From the NCBI GenBank assembly GCA_963764605.1, contig CAVXTJ010000007.1:423-64422 (forward strand): a stretch of DNA of 64,000 nt, read 5' to 3'. Shown piece by piece: positions 45,225 to 55,001 of the stretch. The DNA is from an uncultured Alphaproteobacteria bacterium. GTDB taxonomy: Bacteria > Pseudomonadota > Alphaproteobacteria > Rhizobiales > Hyphomicrobiaceae. The translations under genes were made by a program, and so were the position numbers. Below the pieces are notes generated by a model. It was not told the DNA's origin and ran no database searches. It saw only the letters and a list, made by a program, of their open reading frames with translations. Each line of letters opens with the position of its first letter. Position 1 is the first letter of the stretch.

Positions 45225-45719
45225 ATGAGCGCAGCAAAACCACTCGTTGGCATCATTATGGGCAGTCAATCCGACTGGGCCACCATGAAGGCCGCAGCCG
45301 CGATCCTCGACACTCTGAAAGTCGCCTACGAGACCAAGATCGTCTCGGCGCACCGCACGCCCGACCGTCTCTACGACTACGCAAAGTCAGCACGCGATCG
45401 CGGCCTCAACGTCATCATTGCAGGCGCGGGCGGCGCGGCGCATCTCCCCGGCATGACGGCGTCAATGACCACGCTGCCCGTACTCGGCGTGCCGGTCATG
45501 AGCAAAGCGCTCTCTGGCCAAGACAGCTTGTTGTCGATTGTGCAGATGCCGGCCGGCGTCCCTGTTGGCACGTTGGCCATCGGCGAAGCGGGCGCAACCA
45601 ACGCCGGGATACTTGCCGCTTCCATTCTCGCACTCAACGACGCCGCTCTTGCCAAACGCCTCGACGCGCTGCGCGCCAAGCACTCGGCCGCCGTCGCCGA
45701 AAACCCTAAGGACGAGTAG
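45225..45719 (+). CDS. purE: N5-CAIR mutase
   Basis: [32 protein letters not shown]. Confidence 0.96.
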   Translation: MSAAKPLVGIIMGSQSDWATMKAAAAILDTLKVAYETKIVSAHRTPDRLYDYAKSARDRGLNVIIAGAGGAAHLPGMTASMTTLPVLGVPVMSKALSGQDSLLSIVQMPAGVPVGTLAIGEAGATNAGILAASILALNDAALAKRLDALRAKHSAAVAENPKDE

Positions 45720-45722
45720 GTT

Positions 45723-46832
45723 TTGATCGTGACCGCGCTCTCTCCAGGTTCGACCATCGGCATTCTCGGCGGCGGACAGCTCGGCCGAATGCTCGCCATG
45801 GCCGCCGCGCGTCTTGGCCTCAAATCACACGTTTATGCGCCCGAAGCCGACAGCCCCGCCTTTGAAGTCGCGGCCGAACGCACGCTTGCCTCTTACGACG
45901 ATCAAAAGGCCCTGCTCGCCTTCGCGCGAGGCGTCGACGTTGCCACTTACGAATTCGAAAACATCCCCGTTGCAACGGTGGAATTTCTGTCCAAGCATAT
46001 TCCCGTCCGCCCCGGCGCCAAGGCGCTGGCGTGTGCGCAGGACCGCATCAATGAAAAAAACTTGGCGCGCCAGCTCGGCGCCGGAACGGCGGAATTCGCA
46101 GAAGTGAATTCCTTCTCCGGACTGCAAAAGGCGCTTGAGCAAATTCCCCCGCCCTGCGTTTTGAAAACGCGCCGCTTCGGCTATGACGGCAAGGGCCAAG
46201 CCAAGATCCTCAAAATCGACGACGCACGCCTCGCCTGGGACGCCATGCGCGATCAGCCGTCTATCCTCGAAAGCTTCGTCAGTTTCCAGCTTGAAGTTTC
46301 CGTCATCGCCGCGCGCAGCCTGGACGGCGAATTCCGCGCCTTCGATGTCACCGAGAACGAGCACCGCCATCATATTTTGCATCGCAGCCTCGCGCCGGCA
46401 CGCATCACGAGCGCCGCCGCCAAGGACGCCATTGCCATCGCCGAAAAGTTCGCGCGCGAACTGGATTACGTCGGCGTGTTCGCCATCGAGTTCTTTGCGC
46501 TGCACGAGACGGGGCGGGATGTTTTGTACGTCAATGAAATGGCCCCGCGCGTGCACAACTCCGGGCACTGGACCATCGACGGCGCCGTCACCTCGCAATT
46601 CGAGCAGCACATTCGCGCGGTCGCCGGCTGGCCGTTGGGTTCAACCGCGCGCAAGGCGCCGGCCGTCGAGATGATCAACCTCATCGGCGACGAAATTCTT
46701 GCCTGGAAAGACATCGCCGCCGACACCGGCGCGTTCCTGCATCACTACGGCAAGAAAGACGCGCGCCCCGGCCGCAAGATGGGCCATGTCAACCGGCTCT
46801 TACCTGGTTTGCCGTTGCCGGATGGGGAGTAA
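45723..46832 (+). CDS. purK: N5-CAIR synthetase
   Basis: GILGGGQLGRM, GYDGKGQ, NEMAPRVHNSGH, RPGRKMGH. Confidence 0.95.
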   Translation: MIVTALSPGSTIGILGGGQLGRMLAMAAARLGLKSHVYAPEADSPAFEVAAERTLASYDDQKALLAFARGVDVATYEFENIPVATVEFLSKHIPVRPGAKALACAQDRINEKNLARQLGAGTAEFAEVNSFSGLQKALEQIPPPCVLKTRRFGYDGKGQAKILKIDDARLAWDAMRDQPSILESFVSFQLEVSVIAARSLDGEFRAFDVTENEHRHHILHRSLAPARITSAAAKDAIAIAEKFARELDYVGVFAIEFFALHETGRDVLYVNEMAPRVHNSGHWTIDGAVTSQFEQHIRAVAGWPLGSTARKAPAVEMINLIGDEILAWKDIAADTGAFLHHYGKKDARPGRKMGHVNRLLPGLPLPDGE

Positions 46833-46837
46833 GCGCG

Positions 46838-47287
46838 CTACCCCACCACTCCCGCCAAACCCTCCAACATCATCTCCCAACCATTTTTCGAGCGCTCCGC
46901 AAAACTCGCCCAGCGCGGATGCATGGTGTGGGTGAGCCGCAATTCGCAACTGGCCCCGCCGTCAACAGGAACAATGTCAACCGCAACGCGGCTGGTCTCG
47001 GATTGATTGACTGAGAAATCAAACACAATGCGCGCCGGCCGCTCGATCTCGATGAACTCGCCGTAGTGTTCGATGTCCTCGTCCTCGCGCCGTTCTGTCA
47101 GACAGAATTCGCCGCCGGCAACTGGATCAATCTCAGACTTGATCATCGTGCCGTTCGGCGTGGCAAACAGCCACTTGGCGGCCAAGACGGGATCAACCCA
47201 CGCGTCGAACACCTTTTCAGGTGCCGCAGCTATTGTGCGCGAAACCGCGATTTCGAAGTGATCATCCCCGTTCATGTGCCTGAGCAC
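46838..47287 (-). CDS. SRPBCC/AHSA1 domain protein
   Basis: [30 protein letters not shown]. Confidence 0.85.
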   Translation of the reverse strand: MLRHMNGDDHFEIAVSRTIAAAPEKVFDAWVDPVLAAKWLFATPNGTMIKSEIDPVAGGEFCLTERREDEDIEHYGEFIEIERPARIVFDFSVNQSETSRVAVDIVPVDGGASCELRLTHTMHPRWASFAERSKNGWEMMLEGLAGVVG

Positions 47288-47505
47288 TCCCTGCGGCTAA
47301 GTTGTATGTCTGTCTTTTGGCTTTAATATCAGCGTATTGCCCCGGCCCCAACTTCCACACAGCCGCCCCAGCCCGGGATAGACAAGGTTTACCGCGTTTG
47401 ATATACCCCAGCGAGAGATTGGACACGGGATCCGGGGGCTACGCCATCGGGCCGCGTGTTTTTGTTATTCATCCGTCCACACGCACCCATGAGGATATGA
47501 CCCAC

Positions 47506-47904
47506 GTGCAGGTTCTGGTTCGCGACAACAATGTCGATCAAGCGCTGAAAGCCCTCAAGAAAAAGATGCAGCGCGAGGGAATTTTCCGGGAAATGAAGCT
47601 CCGGAACTATTTCGAAAAGCCGTCCGAGAAGAAGGCCCGCGAAAAGGCGGAGGCCGTGCGCCGCGCCCGTAAGCTCGCGCGCAAGAAGCTGCAGCGCGAA
47701 GGTCTCCTTCCTTCGAAGCCGCTTGTTGTACGCGGCGGTCCTGGTGGCCCCGGCGGCAAAGGTCCGGGCGCCGGTGGCGGCCGTGGTGGTGCCGGCGGCG
47801 GCACTGGTGGCGGCGGCTACGGCGGCGGCGGCTCGTCTGGCGGTGGCTACGGCGGCGGCGGTGGTGGCGGCTTCGGTGGCGGCGGTGGCTTCGGCGGCCG
47901 CTAA
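47506..47904 (+). CDS. rpsU: 30S ribosomal protein bS21 with Gly-rich C-terminal tail
   Basis: [35 protein letters not shown]; GAGGA RBS at 47491. Confidence 0.95.
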   Translation: MQVLVRDNNVDQALKALKKKMQREGIFREMKLRNYFEKPSEKKAREKAEAVRRARKLARKKLQREGLLPSKPLVVRGGPGGPGGKGPGAGGGRGGAGGGTGGGGYGGGGSSGGGYGGGGGGGFGGGGGFGGR

Positions 47905-47931
47905 ACGAAACGCCCTTCAATCAAACAATTT

Positions 47932-47958
47932 CAACGGCTCGCGCATTTCGCGGGCCGT
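47932..47958. terminator. Hairpin between convergent genes
   Basis: aacggctcgcg-cattt-cgcgggccgtt. Confidence 0.6.
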
Positions 47959-48800
47959 TATCGTTTGTCGATCTCCGGCACCTTCGACGAGCCCACCTGC
48001 CCCAGCCGCACCTTATCAATCCACCCATTGATCGCGTCGTAGGACCCAAACATGTAGTGATCGGCGTGCCCAGCTTCCGGGAACGTGACGATGCTTTTGG
48101 GCTCGGACGCGAGCGCGAACATGGCCCGCCCCATCTCAACGGGAATGATGCTGTCCTTCTCGCCGTGAATAATCAGCAACGGGCATTTGACCGACGCGAC
48201 GAATGATTTGCTCTCGTAACGATCGAGTAGAAGCAAGCGCACCGGCAGCCAGGGATATTGTCCGCTCGCCAGATCGACCATCGCCGTATAAGGCGCGTCG
48301 AGTATTAGCCCGGCTGCTTTTTTCTCCGCCGCCACCTGCACAGCAACCCCGCTGCCGATGCTCTCGCCATAGATGATGATGTCGTCCGGCTTGACGCCCT
48401 CTTTGAGCAACGCATCGTAAGCGCGTTTGGCATCCGCGACGTTCGCCGCTTCAGACGGCGCGCCACTCGATCCCGCATAACCGCGATACGTCATCATGAA
48501 CATGCCGCGCCCACGGCTCAAATATTTAGCGATGCGTTCCGAACGCGATGCTAGAGAGCCAGCATTGCCATGGAAGTAGAGCAGTGTCGGCTGACCAGGC
48601 TGCGCCTTGCCGTACCAAGCGATGACCTTCTCGCCGTCTGGCGCATCGAGAACGCGTTCTGAAACCTGAGGCAAACCAACAGCCGACGGCGCTGTGCGCT
48701 CGGGCTCGGGATGATACATGAGGCGGCGCTGCCCGAAATACATCGCCGCTCCGATCAGTGCGTAGAGGCCGCAAGCAATCAGCAAAAAAGTTTTCAGCAT
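47958..48800 (-). CDS. Membrane-anchored alpha/beta hydrolase (ABHD13/Bem46-like)
   Basis: FHGNAG, YRGY, GESIG, HGEKD, AGH. Confidence 0.9.
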   Translation of the reverse strand: MLKTFLLIACGLYALIGAAMYFGQRRLMYHPEPERTAPSAVGLPQVSERVLDAPDGEKVIAWYGKAQPGQPTLLYFHGNAGSLASRSERIAKYLSRGRGMFMMTYRGYAGSSGAPSEAANVADAKRAYDALLKEGVKPDDIIIYGESIGSGVAVQVAAEKKAAGLILDAPYTAMVDLASGQYPWLPVRLLLLDRYESKSFVASVKCPLLIIHGEKDSIIPVEMGRAMFALASEPKSIVTFPEAGHADHYMFGSYDAINGWIDKVRLGQVGSSKVPEIDKR

Positions 48801-48825
48801 GCCATCTCTCGCCGCGCACCACCCC

Positions 48826-49551
48826 TCAAAACTCGCTCGCCTTCACTTCCACGACCTTGTTGCTGGCACCGCGCGTTTCAATGTTATTGCGGTGCCAATT
48901 CGCCGTAATACCCGGCGACATGCCTTTCAAGATACTGGCCTTGAGTGACGCGCTGACGTTCGGCTTGAATTCCATGGCAACGCTGGATTTCTCCGGCTGG
49001 TAAACTTTCTTGGCGACAAACACATAGCGGCCCTGTTTCTTCAGGCTGGCAATCAGCCCTCTGCAGCGCGCCTGAATGTTGGCCATGACGAAGCTGTCGG
49101 TGCCTTCCTCGACTTCGATTTCCGTCACTTTGTCGAAGGTGTAGGTGATGGAATTGACATAGTTAGCGCTGGCACCAATCTCGAGATGCGGCAGCTTTAC
49201 GCCCTCAAGGCCGAATTCGCCGCCACTGCCAACCGTCTTGACCACGTTCTCTTCGCCTTCATAGGCGCGCGTCCGCATGCGATCGGGAAACTTGGCGACG
49301 AGCGCGTCCGTGTCGTCCCAGCAGATTTCAGTGACTTGCGCACCAAACACCGGCCCCTTGGCTTTGTGCGTGGTGGCGTAGATGCGCCCCGGCTTCAATC
49401 GATTGGCGTAGGGGAAGGAATGCATGCCGCCGAAAAATCCGCTGGAATATGCGAAGGGCAGCACGGCCGTCCCGCCAGTATCGGGTGCCGAAATACTGGC
49501 ACACCCGGACATCACTAGGCACGTGCCCAACACTGCAGCAAACTTGAACAT
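48826..49551 (-). CDS. Hypothetical beta-rich lipoprotein (candidate gasdermin-like fold)
   Basis: 241-aa ORF, signal peptide with VMSG-C lipobox, amphipathic strand pattern; the fold call is inference. Confidence 0.7.
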   Translation of the reverse strand: MFKFAAVLGTCLVMSGCASISAPDTGGTAVLPFAYSSGFFGGMHSFPYANRLKPGRIYATTHKAKGPVFGAQVTEICWDDTDALVAKFPDRMRTRAYEGEENVVKTVGSGGEFGLEGVKLPHLEIGASANYVNSITYTFDKVTEIEVEEGTDSFVMANIQARCRGLIASLKKQGRYVFVAKKVYQPEKSSVAMEFKPNVSASLKASILKGMSPGITANWHRNNIETRGASNKVVEVKASEF

Positions 49552-49687
49552 GAACGCCCCCGCGTACTTCACCTAACTAAGCGTGACTATGGCGGCCGGG
49601 GTTCAAGCGAACCAGGGTGACAGGCGTTGTAATCTTGCCTTGTCCCCCGAATTCTCGGCGGAACCCGTTCCGGAATTGGCGGGCGGC

Positions 49688-50203
49688 TTACGGCCTTTCG
49701 AAACACTCAAGCAAATGCGCCATGCGATCTGGTCCTGGCAGATGTCCACGCGCGCTTCCAGGACTTGCAATGATCCGGCTGGCAAAGGTCATGACATCGG
49801 ACAAATTGAAATAACTCTGTTCGCGGCCGGTCTTGATCGACCAGCAGTCCGCCTCCTTCTCGGACTCGGGCTGCGGGGCGAACATGTGCCCAAGCGCGTG
49901 ATGCGCGCATTCATGCAGATAGAAAAAGATCTGCAACTTGCCAGAGAGCGACGCCATCACTTCCTTGTCGACGGTGATGACAGGAATACGGCCGTAGAGG
50001 GTCGAGCGGGCAACGTCGCCCAAGCCACTTGTTTCATAGGTCTGCACTGGCCGCCCGCGAAAGTCGGCGCATCCAATGGAGACCCCGGCGACGAATGTCT
50101 TGCCGCCCGGGCCCTGCTCTGCTGACGCGCGTCCGGCTGCGCCCGCAACCGCCAAAATTCCAAACGCGACGGCCAAGACAACCTGCATCAAGACAACCCG
50201 CAT
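49688..50203 (-). CDS. Small secreted HExxH zinc-peptidase-like protein (M48-like pattern)
   Basis: Signal peptide; FFYLHECAHHALGH, EKEADC, GHLPGPDR. Confidence 0.7.
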   Translation of the reverse strand: MRVVLMQVVLAVAFGILAVAGAAGRASAEQGPGGKTFVAGVSIGCADFRGRPVQTYETSGLGDVARSTLYGRIPVITVDKEVMASLSGKLQIFFYLHECAHHALGHMFAPQPESEKEADCWSIKTGREQSYFNLSDVMTFASRIIASPGSARGHLPGPDRMAHLLECFERP

Positions 50204-50207
50204 TCAA

Positions 50208-51662
50208 TCATCCCACTTTGCTGACCAGATACCCTATACGGCTCCCCTCCCTCAGCCGGATGCGTTCGAGCGCTTCAAAAATCTCGTTGCCGTGCATCGG
50301 CCGCCCTGTCTGGCGGACAGTTGCCGCCTCAAGTTCGCGCAGTTCCCGGTTAATCGGCTCGGCCGTTTTGTGCAGCATGGCGACTGCCGCCACCGCCTTA
50401 CGCGGCATGTTGATCGGTACTTTGGGCGCAACGGAGGCAAGGATGTCCTTGGCAGTGTCGGAGAAGTACGACGTGAACCGGCCGAGCAGCGATACAATGC
50501 GGATGATCATGGTCTCTTCGAACCGGTATTCGTAGCGGTCCATCCATTCAAACAGCTTATCGCAGGTGAAGTCCTGCAAGCGGATGTTTGAAGTGCCGCG
50601 ATAGTCTTGCCATTCGCATACGAGATCGAACTGAGACTCTAAATCGATGTCGGCCGGCGCAAAGGTTTCCGCCGCCTTGACGCCAATGCGACTGAGAAAA
50701 TCCCGGTTCTTCATGGCAAGCTTGGTCGGATAGCGCGGCAGCTTGGTGCGCCCTTCGCTCGCCATCTGGAAAGCAAGCCGCACCAGCTTGGCGCAAAACA
50801 AGCGCCGCCCCTCGTCGAGCCGCATGGAAAAATCATAGAGAATACGCCGTGCGAAAGACCTGCGCGTGGGCGCCACATGACCGTGAATGAGCTTCGCTGC
50901 ACGCGCCGCGAGCACAGGGTCTTTGTGCCGGTAAAGCACCGCGCGGACGCTGCCGTGCGCCAGCGAATGTCCGAGCGTGTTGACGATGGCGCCGTCTTCG
51001 ATCAGGCTTTCGACCACAAAGTGCTGCCCTGCGTCATCGATATATATCATGGCGAGATGACTGAACTGGCTATCGACGTCGCCAATGCGGGCGATGGCCG
51101 CGCTGTTGTGCGCCTGGCCGCGCATCAGCATCACATCGCCCGATTGAAAGTGAAGATCTGGCCCTTTGTAGAAGGCATAATTGACGAGCGTGTTGTAGTC
51201 GGGCCCGCGAAACGCCGGCAGCGCAACGGCGTCTTCCGAATAACGCGCATTACCGGTACGAACCTCGCCCACCATGTCAGTCACATAACGCAGAATGCGG
51301 AAGCAATCGCGCAACGCCTGCTGCACGTCCGCCGTTATCAAGCCGCGCTGCTCGAATTCGGAAATGCGGTTGCGCAAGGCTATGCGCACGTCAAACAACC
51401 GGTACATAATTTCGGGCGCGGACTTCGCAATCGCCTTGACGTCGTAATCGGTAAAATCCGCATTTGCGACTTTTTGGTAGATCGCCTGCAATGCCTTGAC
51501 CAGTTCTGAGGCACTCAGCGCCGGCGTTGCCGCGAGTGCTTCGAGAGTCGCGAGATCGGTTTCAATTGATAACGGCGTATTTGACTGCAGCACGGAACAC
51601 TCCATTTGATCCGGATGGAGCATAGCAGAGGCACTTGGCAAATTTCTGTCACTTGCGAGCAA
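50208..51662 (-). CDS. YiiX/YebB-like permuted NlpC/P60 cysteine hydrolase (start uncertain)
   Basis: GDVMLMRG, FSHLAMIY (His), YDFSM, FCAKLV (Cys after His), FAPADI. Confidence 0.78.
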   Translation of the reverse strand: MLASDRNLPSASAMLHPDQMECSVLQSNTPLSIETDLATLEALAATPALSASELVKALQAIYQKVANADFTDYDVKAIAKSAPEIMYRLFDVRIALRNRISEFEQRGLITADVQQALRDCFRILRYVTDMVGEVRTGNARYSEDAVALPAFRGPDYNTLVNYAFYKGPDLHFQSGDVMLMRGQAHNSAAIARIGDVDSQFSHLAMIYIDDAGQHFVVESLIEDGAIVNTLGHSLAHGSVRAVLYRHKDPVLAARAAKLIHGHVAPTRRSFARRILYDFSMRLDEGRRLFCAKLVRLAFQMASEGRTKLPRYPTKLAMKNRDFLSRIGVKAAETFAPADIDLESQFDLVCEWQDYRGTSNIRLQDFTCDKLFEWMDRYEYRFEETMIIRIVSLLGRFTSYFSDTAKDILASVAPKVPINMPRKAVAAVAMLHKTAEPINRELRELEAATVRQTGRPMHGNEIFEALERIRLREGSRIGYLVSKVG

Positions 51663-51681
51663 CTACTCGGCCCTAGCCTGC

Positions 51682-52993
51682 CTAAGGGGCGGAAATACCG
51701 GTATTTTCCTCGGCCTTCAGGGGCTTCGACAGCTCCTCCAGAGCACGCTCGATCTGGGGGTCCTTGCCGCCCGCATAGCGAATATCGAAAGGCTGCTCGA
51801 TCGTCGGCGTCACGCCATTGCCCTCGAGCCGCGTGCCGTTGACGCTGACGTCGTTCACCGCCAGCACCAGCAAACTGCCGTCCGATAGCATGAACGCGGT
51901 CGCGGCTAATACAGCCCCCGCTGTACGCTCGCCGATGATTGCGCCGAGTTTCAATTCCTTAAATCCATGAGCCAGGACTTCCTTACCGCTGCGCGATCCG
52001 GCATCGATCAAGAGCGCCACCGGCTTGCGCCAGCGGAAGTTGACGGCTTCGGCGCTGCCGTTGCGTTCCGTCATCATCATGGTGATGGCTTGGGGCACGA
52101 AGATATCGAGGTATTGCGGCCGTGCCCCGCCCCAGCCGCCACGTAAATCCCAGATGACTGCGTCTGCGTCTTTGAGTTTTCCGGAACTCAACTCTTCTTC
52201 GAGAACGTCCTGGTAGCGGCTTCCGGCATAGGACCAAAAGCGGATATAGCCGATCTTCTTGCCTTCGCGCTCAATGATGCGCGCGCTATCGCGCAACGAA
52301 GTCTTGAAGGCGTCACCGGGCTCGATTGTTTCCGGCACGACGACGACGCGGCGCGTTTCTCCATCGGCGGTGCGGCGGATTTCGAGCGATACGGGCGTCC
52401 CGGTTTTGTCCTTAAACGAGCCGACCGGCTGGAACGGCTTGCCGTCGGCCGATAAGATTTCGTCTCCTGTCAGCAACCCTGCTTTGTCGCCCGGAAGACC
52501 CGCCATGACGCCGTAGACGAATGTCTTTCCTTCGATACTCTTCGTAAAAATGCCGATGCCGGGATAAATCACCTTGTTGCTCGGAAAGTGCTTTGGAATC
52601 TCTCCGCGCAGCGGATAGGAAAAGATCTCCGCCAACTGGTAGTAACCTGGATCGTCGTTGATGTAGTGGCGCGTATGCGAAGGCTTTAGTTCGCCGAGCA
52701 TGGTATTGATCACACCCGAGCGCTCTGTGGCCGTAGGCGCCGCCGCATAGCGCGGCCGGTAGGTATCACCGACGGCCTGCCAATCGAGCCCGTGCAGCTT
52801 TGAAATCGTAAAACCTGTCGCGGACGAGCCGCCACACTTCGTCAAATGGCTCGGTTGAGACCTGCTCAGCCTTCGCCGGCTGTTCGGCTCGCAGGGGCAC
52901 TGCCAGTGGAATGAGCGAAAAGGCAAGCGCGAGCCACGCGCTCAGCAAAATCCGCTTAGCGGCTGGTTTCCGGGTGATCGTGTTGTCAATCAT
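51682..52993 (-). CDS. S41 family peptidase with PDZ domain, frameshift at about 52803
   Basis: Signal peptide, FYD.KLHGLDW, GDEILSADG, WDLRGGWGG, SRSGKE, IIGERTAG, EGNGVTP. Confidence 0.85.
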
Positions 52994-53083
52994 GACGCGT
53001 TCTCCGTCCCCCAAGCCAAAGCTAGGGGATCGCGCGCGCATGCACCAATGACAAAGCAGAAAGGTTCGCGGAACGGTTGTACG

Positions 53084-54503
53084 CTAATGCGCCAGCGCCT
53101 TGGCGATTTCTTCGGTCATCTTCTTGGCGTCGCCCAACACCATCACCGTGTTGTCGCGATAGAACACCGGATTGTCGATGCCGGCATACCCGGATGCAGA
53201 GACTGCGCTTGTTGAAGAACACGTTCGCCGCCTTCCAGACCTGCAAAACAGGCATGCCGTAGATCGGCGAGGTCTTGTCGTCTTCGGCGGCAGGATTGAC
53301 CACGTCGTTGGCGCCGATGACGTAGACTGCGTCGGCTTGCGCGAACTCGCTGTTGATGTCTTCGAGTTCGAACACTTCGTCATACGGCACGTTGGCTTCG
53401 GCCAAGAGCACGTTCATGTGCCCGGGCATACGGCCCGCAACCGGATGGATCGCGTATTTCACTTCGACGCCGGCCTTCTTCAGGCTTTCCGCCATTTCTC
53501 TCAAAGCATGCTGCGCCTGAGCAACCGCCATGCCGTAACCCGGCACGATGATGACCTTCGAGGCGTTTTTCATGACGTAAGCCGCGTCTTCGGCCGAGCC
53601 GAGCTTGACGGGCTTTTGTTCGCCGCCGCCGGCCGCTGGCCCAGCGGTCTCCCCGCCAAACCCGCCCGCGATGACGGACAAGAACTGACGGTTCATGGCC
53701 TTGCACATGATGTAGGAGAGAATTGCGCCGGACGAACCGACGAGCGCGCCCGTGATGATGAGCGCGACATTGGACAGCGTGAAGCCGATACCGGCCGCCG
53801 CCCAACCCGAATACGAGTTGAGCATCGACACGACCACCGGCATATCCGCGCCGCCAATCGGAATGATGATCAGCACGCCGAACGCCAAGGATGCGAGCAC
53901 GATCAACCAGAACAGCCAGCCCGATCCGCCCGACATGCAGAATGCGTAAATGAGATAGATAATGAACAGGCCAAGCCCTGCGTTGATCGCATGGCGCATT
54001 GGCAGCATGATCGGTTTGCCTGACATACGGCCCGAGAGTTTGGCAAATGCGATAACGGAACCCGTGAACGTGATCGCACCGATGGCCGCGCCGATCGCCA
54101 TTTCAGCGAGGCTCGCGCCCTTGACGCCGAGGTCAGGGTTCGCCGGATCGACGAGAATATTGAACGCGGATGGCGCGGAAAGCGCGCTCGCGGCCACGAA
54201 AACGGCCGCCATACCGACGAGCGAGTGGAATGCCGCAACCAGTTCCGGCATCATCGTCATTGGAATTTCGCGCGCCGTCTTGGCGCCGATGAATCCGCCG
54301 ATCCCAAGACCCGCCAGGATGAGCACCCAAGACATGAAGGACGGTTGCGCGAGGCCGAGCGTGGTCAGCACGGCAATCGTCATACCTATCATGCCGAACA
54401 TGTTGCCCTGGCGCGATGACGCCGGGCTTGATAGCCCGCGAAGCGCGAGAATAAACAAAACACCCGAGGCGAGGTAAAGCAGGGCGGCGAGATTGGCGGA
54501 CAT
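53084..54503 (-). CDS. pntB: NAD(P) transhydrogenase beta, frameshift at about 53205
   Basis: [42 protein letters not shown]. Confidence 0.95.
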
Positions 54504-54572
54504 GATGCTCTGATCCTGGGCCTATTGAACTTAGTCGAAACGGGACGGCGGCGAGGGATATGAATCCTGCCG

Positions 54573-55001
54573 TTATTGCTTCTTCGCAGGCGCTTCTTTC
54601 TTCTTGTACATCGCCAGCATGCGATTGGTGACGAGGAAGCCGCCGAAGATATTGACGCTTGCCATGATGAGCGCGAGGAACCCAAACACTTTGGCCATCA
54701 CGCTGTCACTTGCGGTCAATGCCACTCCAACCGCCAGCAGCGCGCCGACCACGATCACCGACGAGATGGCGTTGGTCACGCTCATCAACGGCGTGTGTAG
54801 CGCGGGCGTCACCGACCAGACCACGAAGTAGCCGACGAAAATTGCGATCACGAACACCATGAACTCGAACACGAACGGGCTGACCTGTTCGCCGCCAGCG
54901 GCATGTGCCGCGCCCGGCATCAATGCCAATGCCATGGCGGCAGCTGCGGCAAGATACGTCTTCGCTATTGGCATCTTAATGCTCTTCATGATGTTCCTCA
55001 T
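54573..55001 (-). CDS. pntA: NAD(P) transhydrogenase alpha part 2
   Basis: VTPALHTPLMSVTNAISS, NIFGGFLVT. Confidence 0.93.
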   Translation of the reverse strand: MRNIMKSIKMPIAKTYLAAAAAMALALMPGAAHAAGGEQVSPFVFEFMVFVIAIFVGYFVVWSVTPALHTPLMSVTNAISSVIVVGALLAVGVALTASDSVMAKVFGFLALIMASVNIFGGFLVTNRMLAMYKKKEAPAKKQ

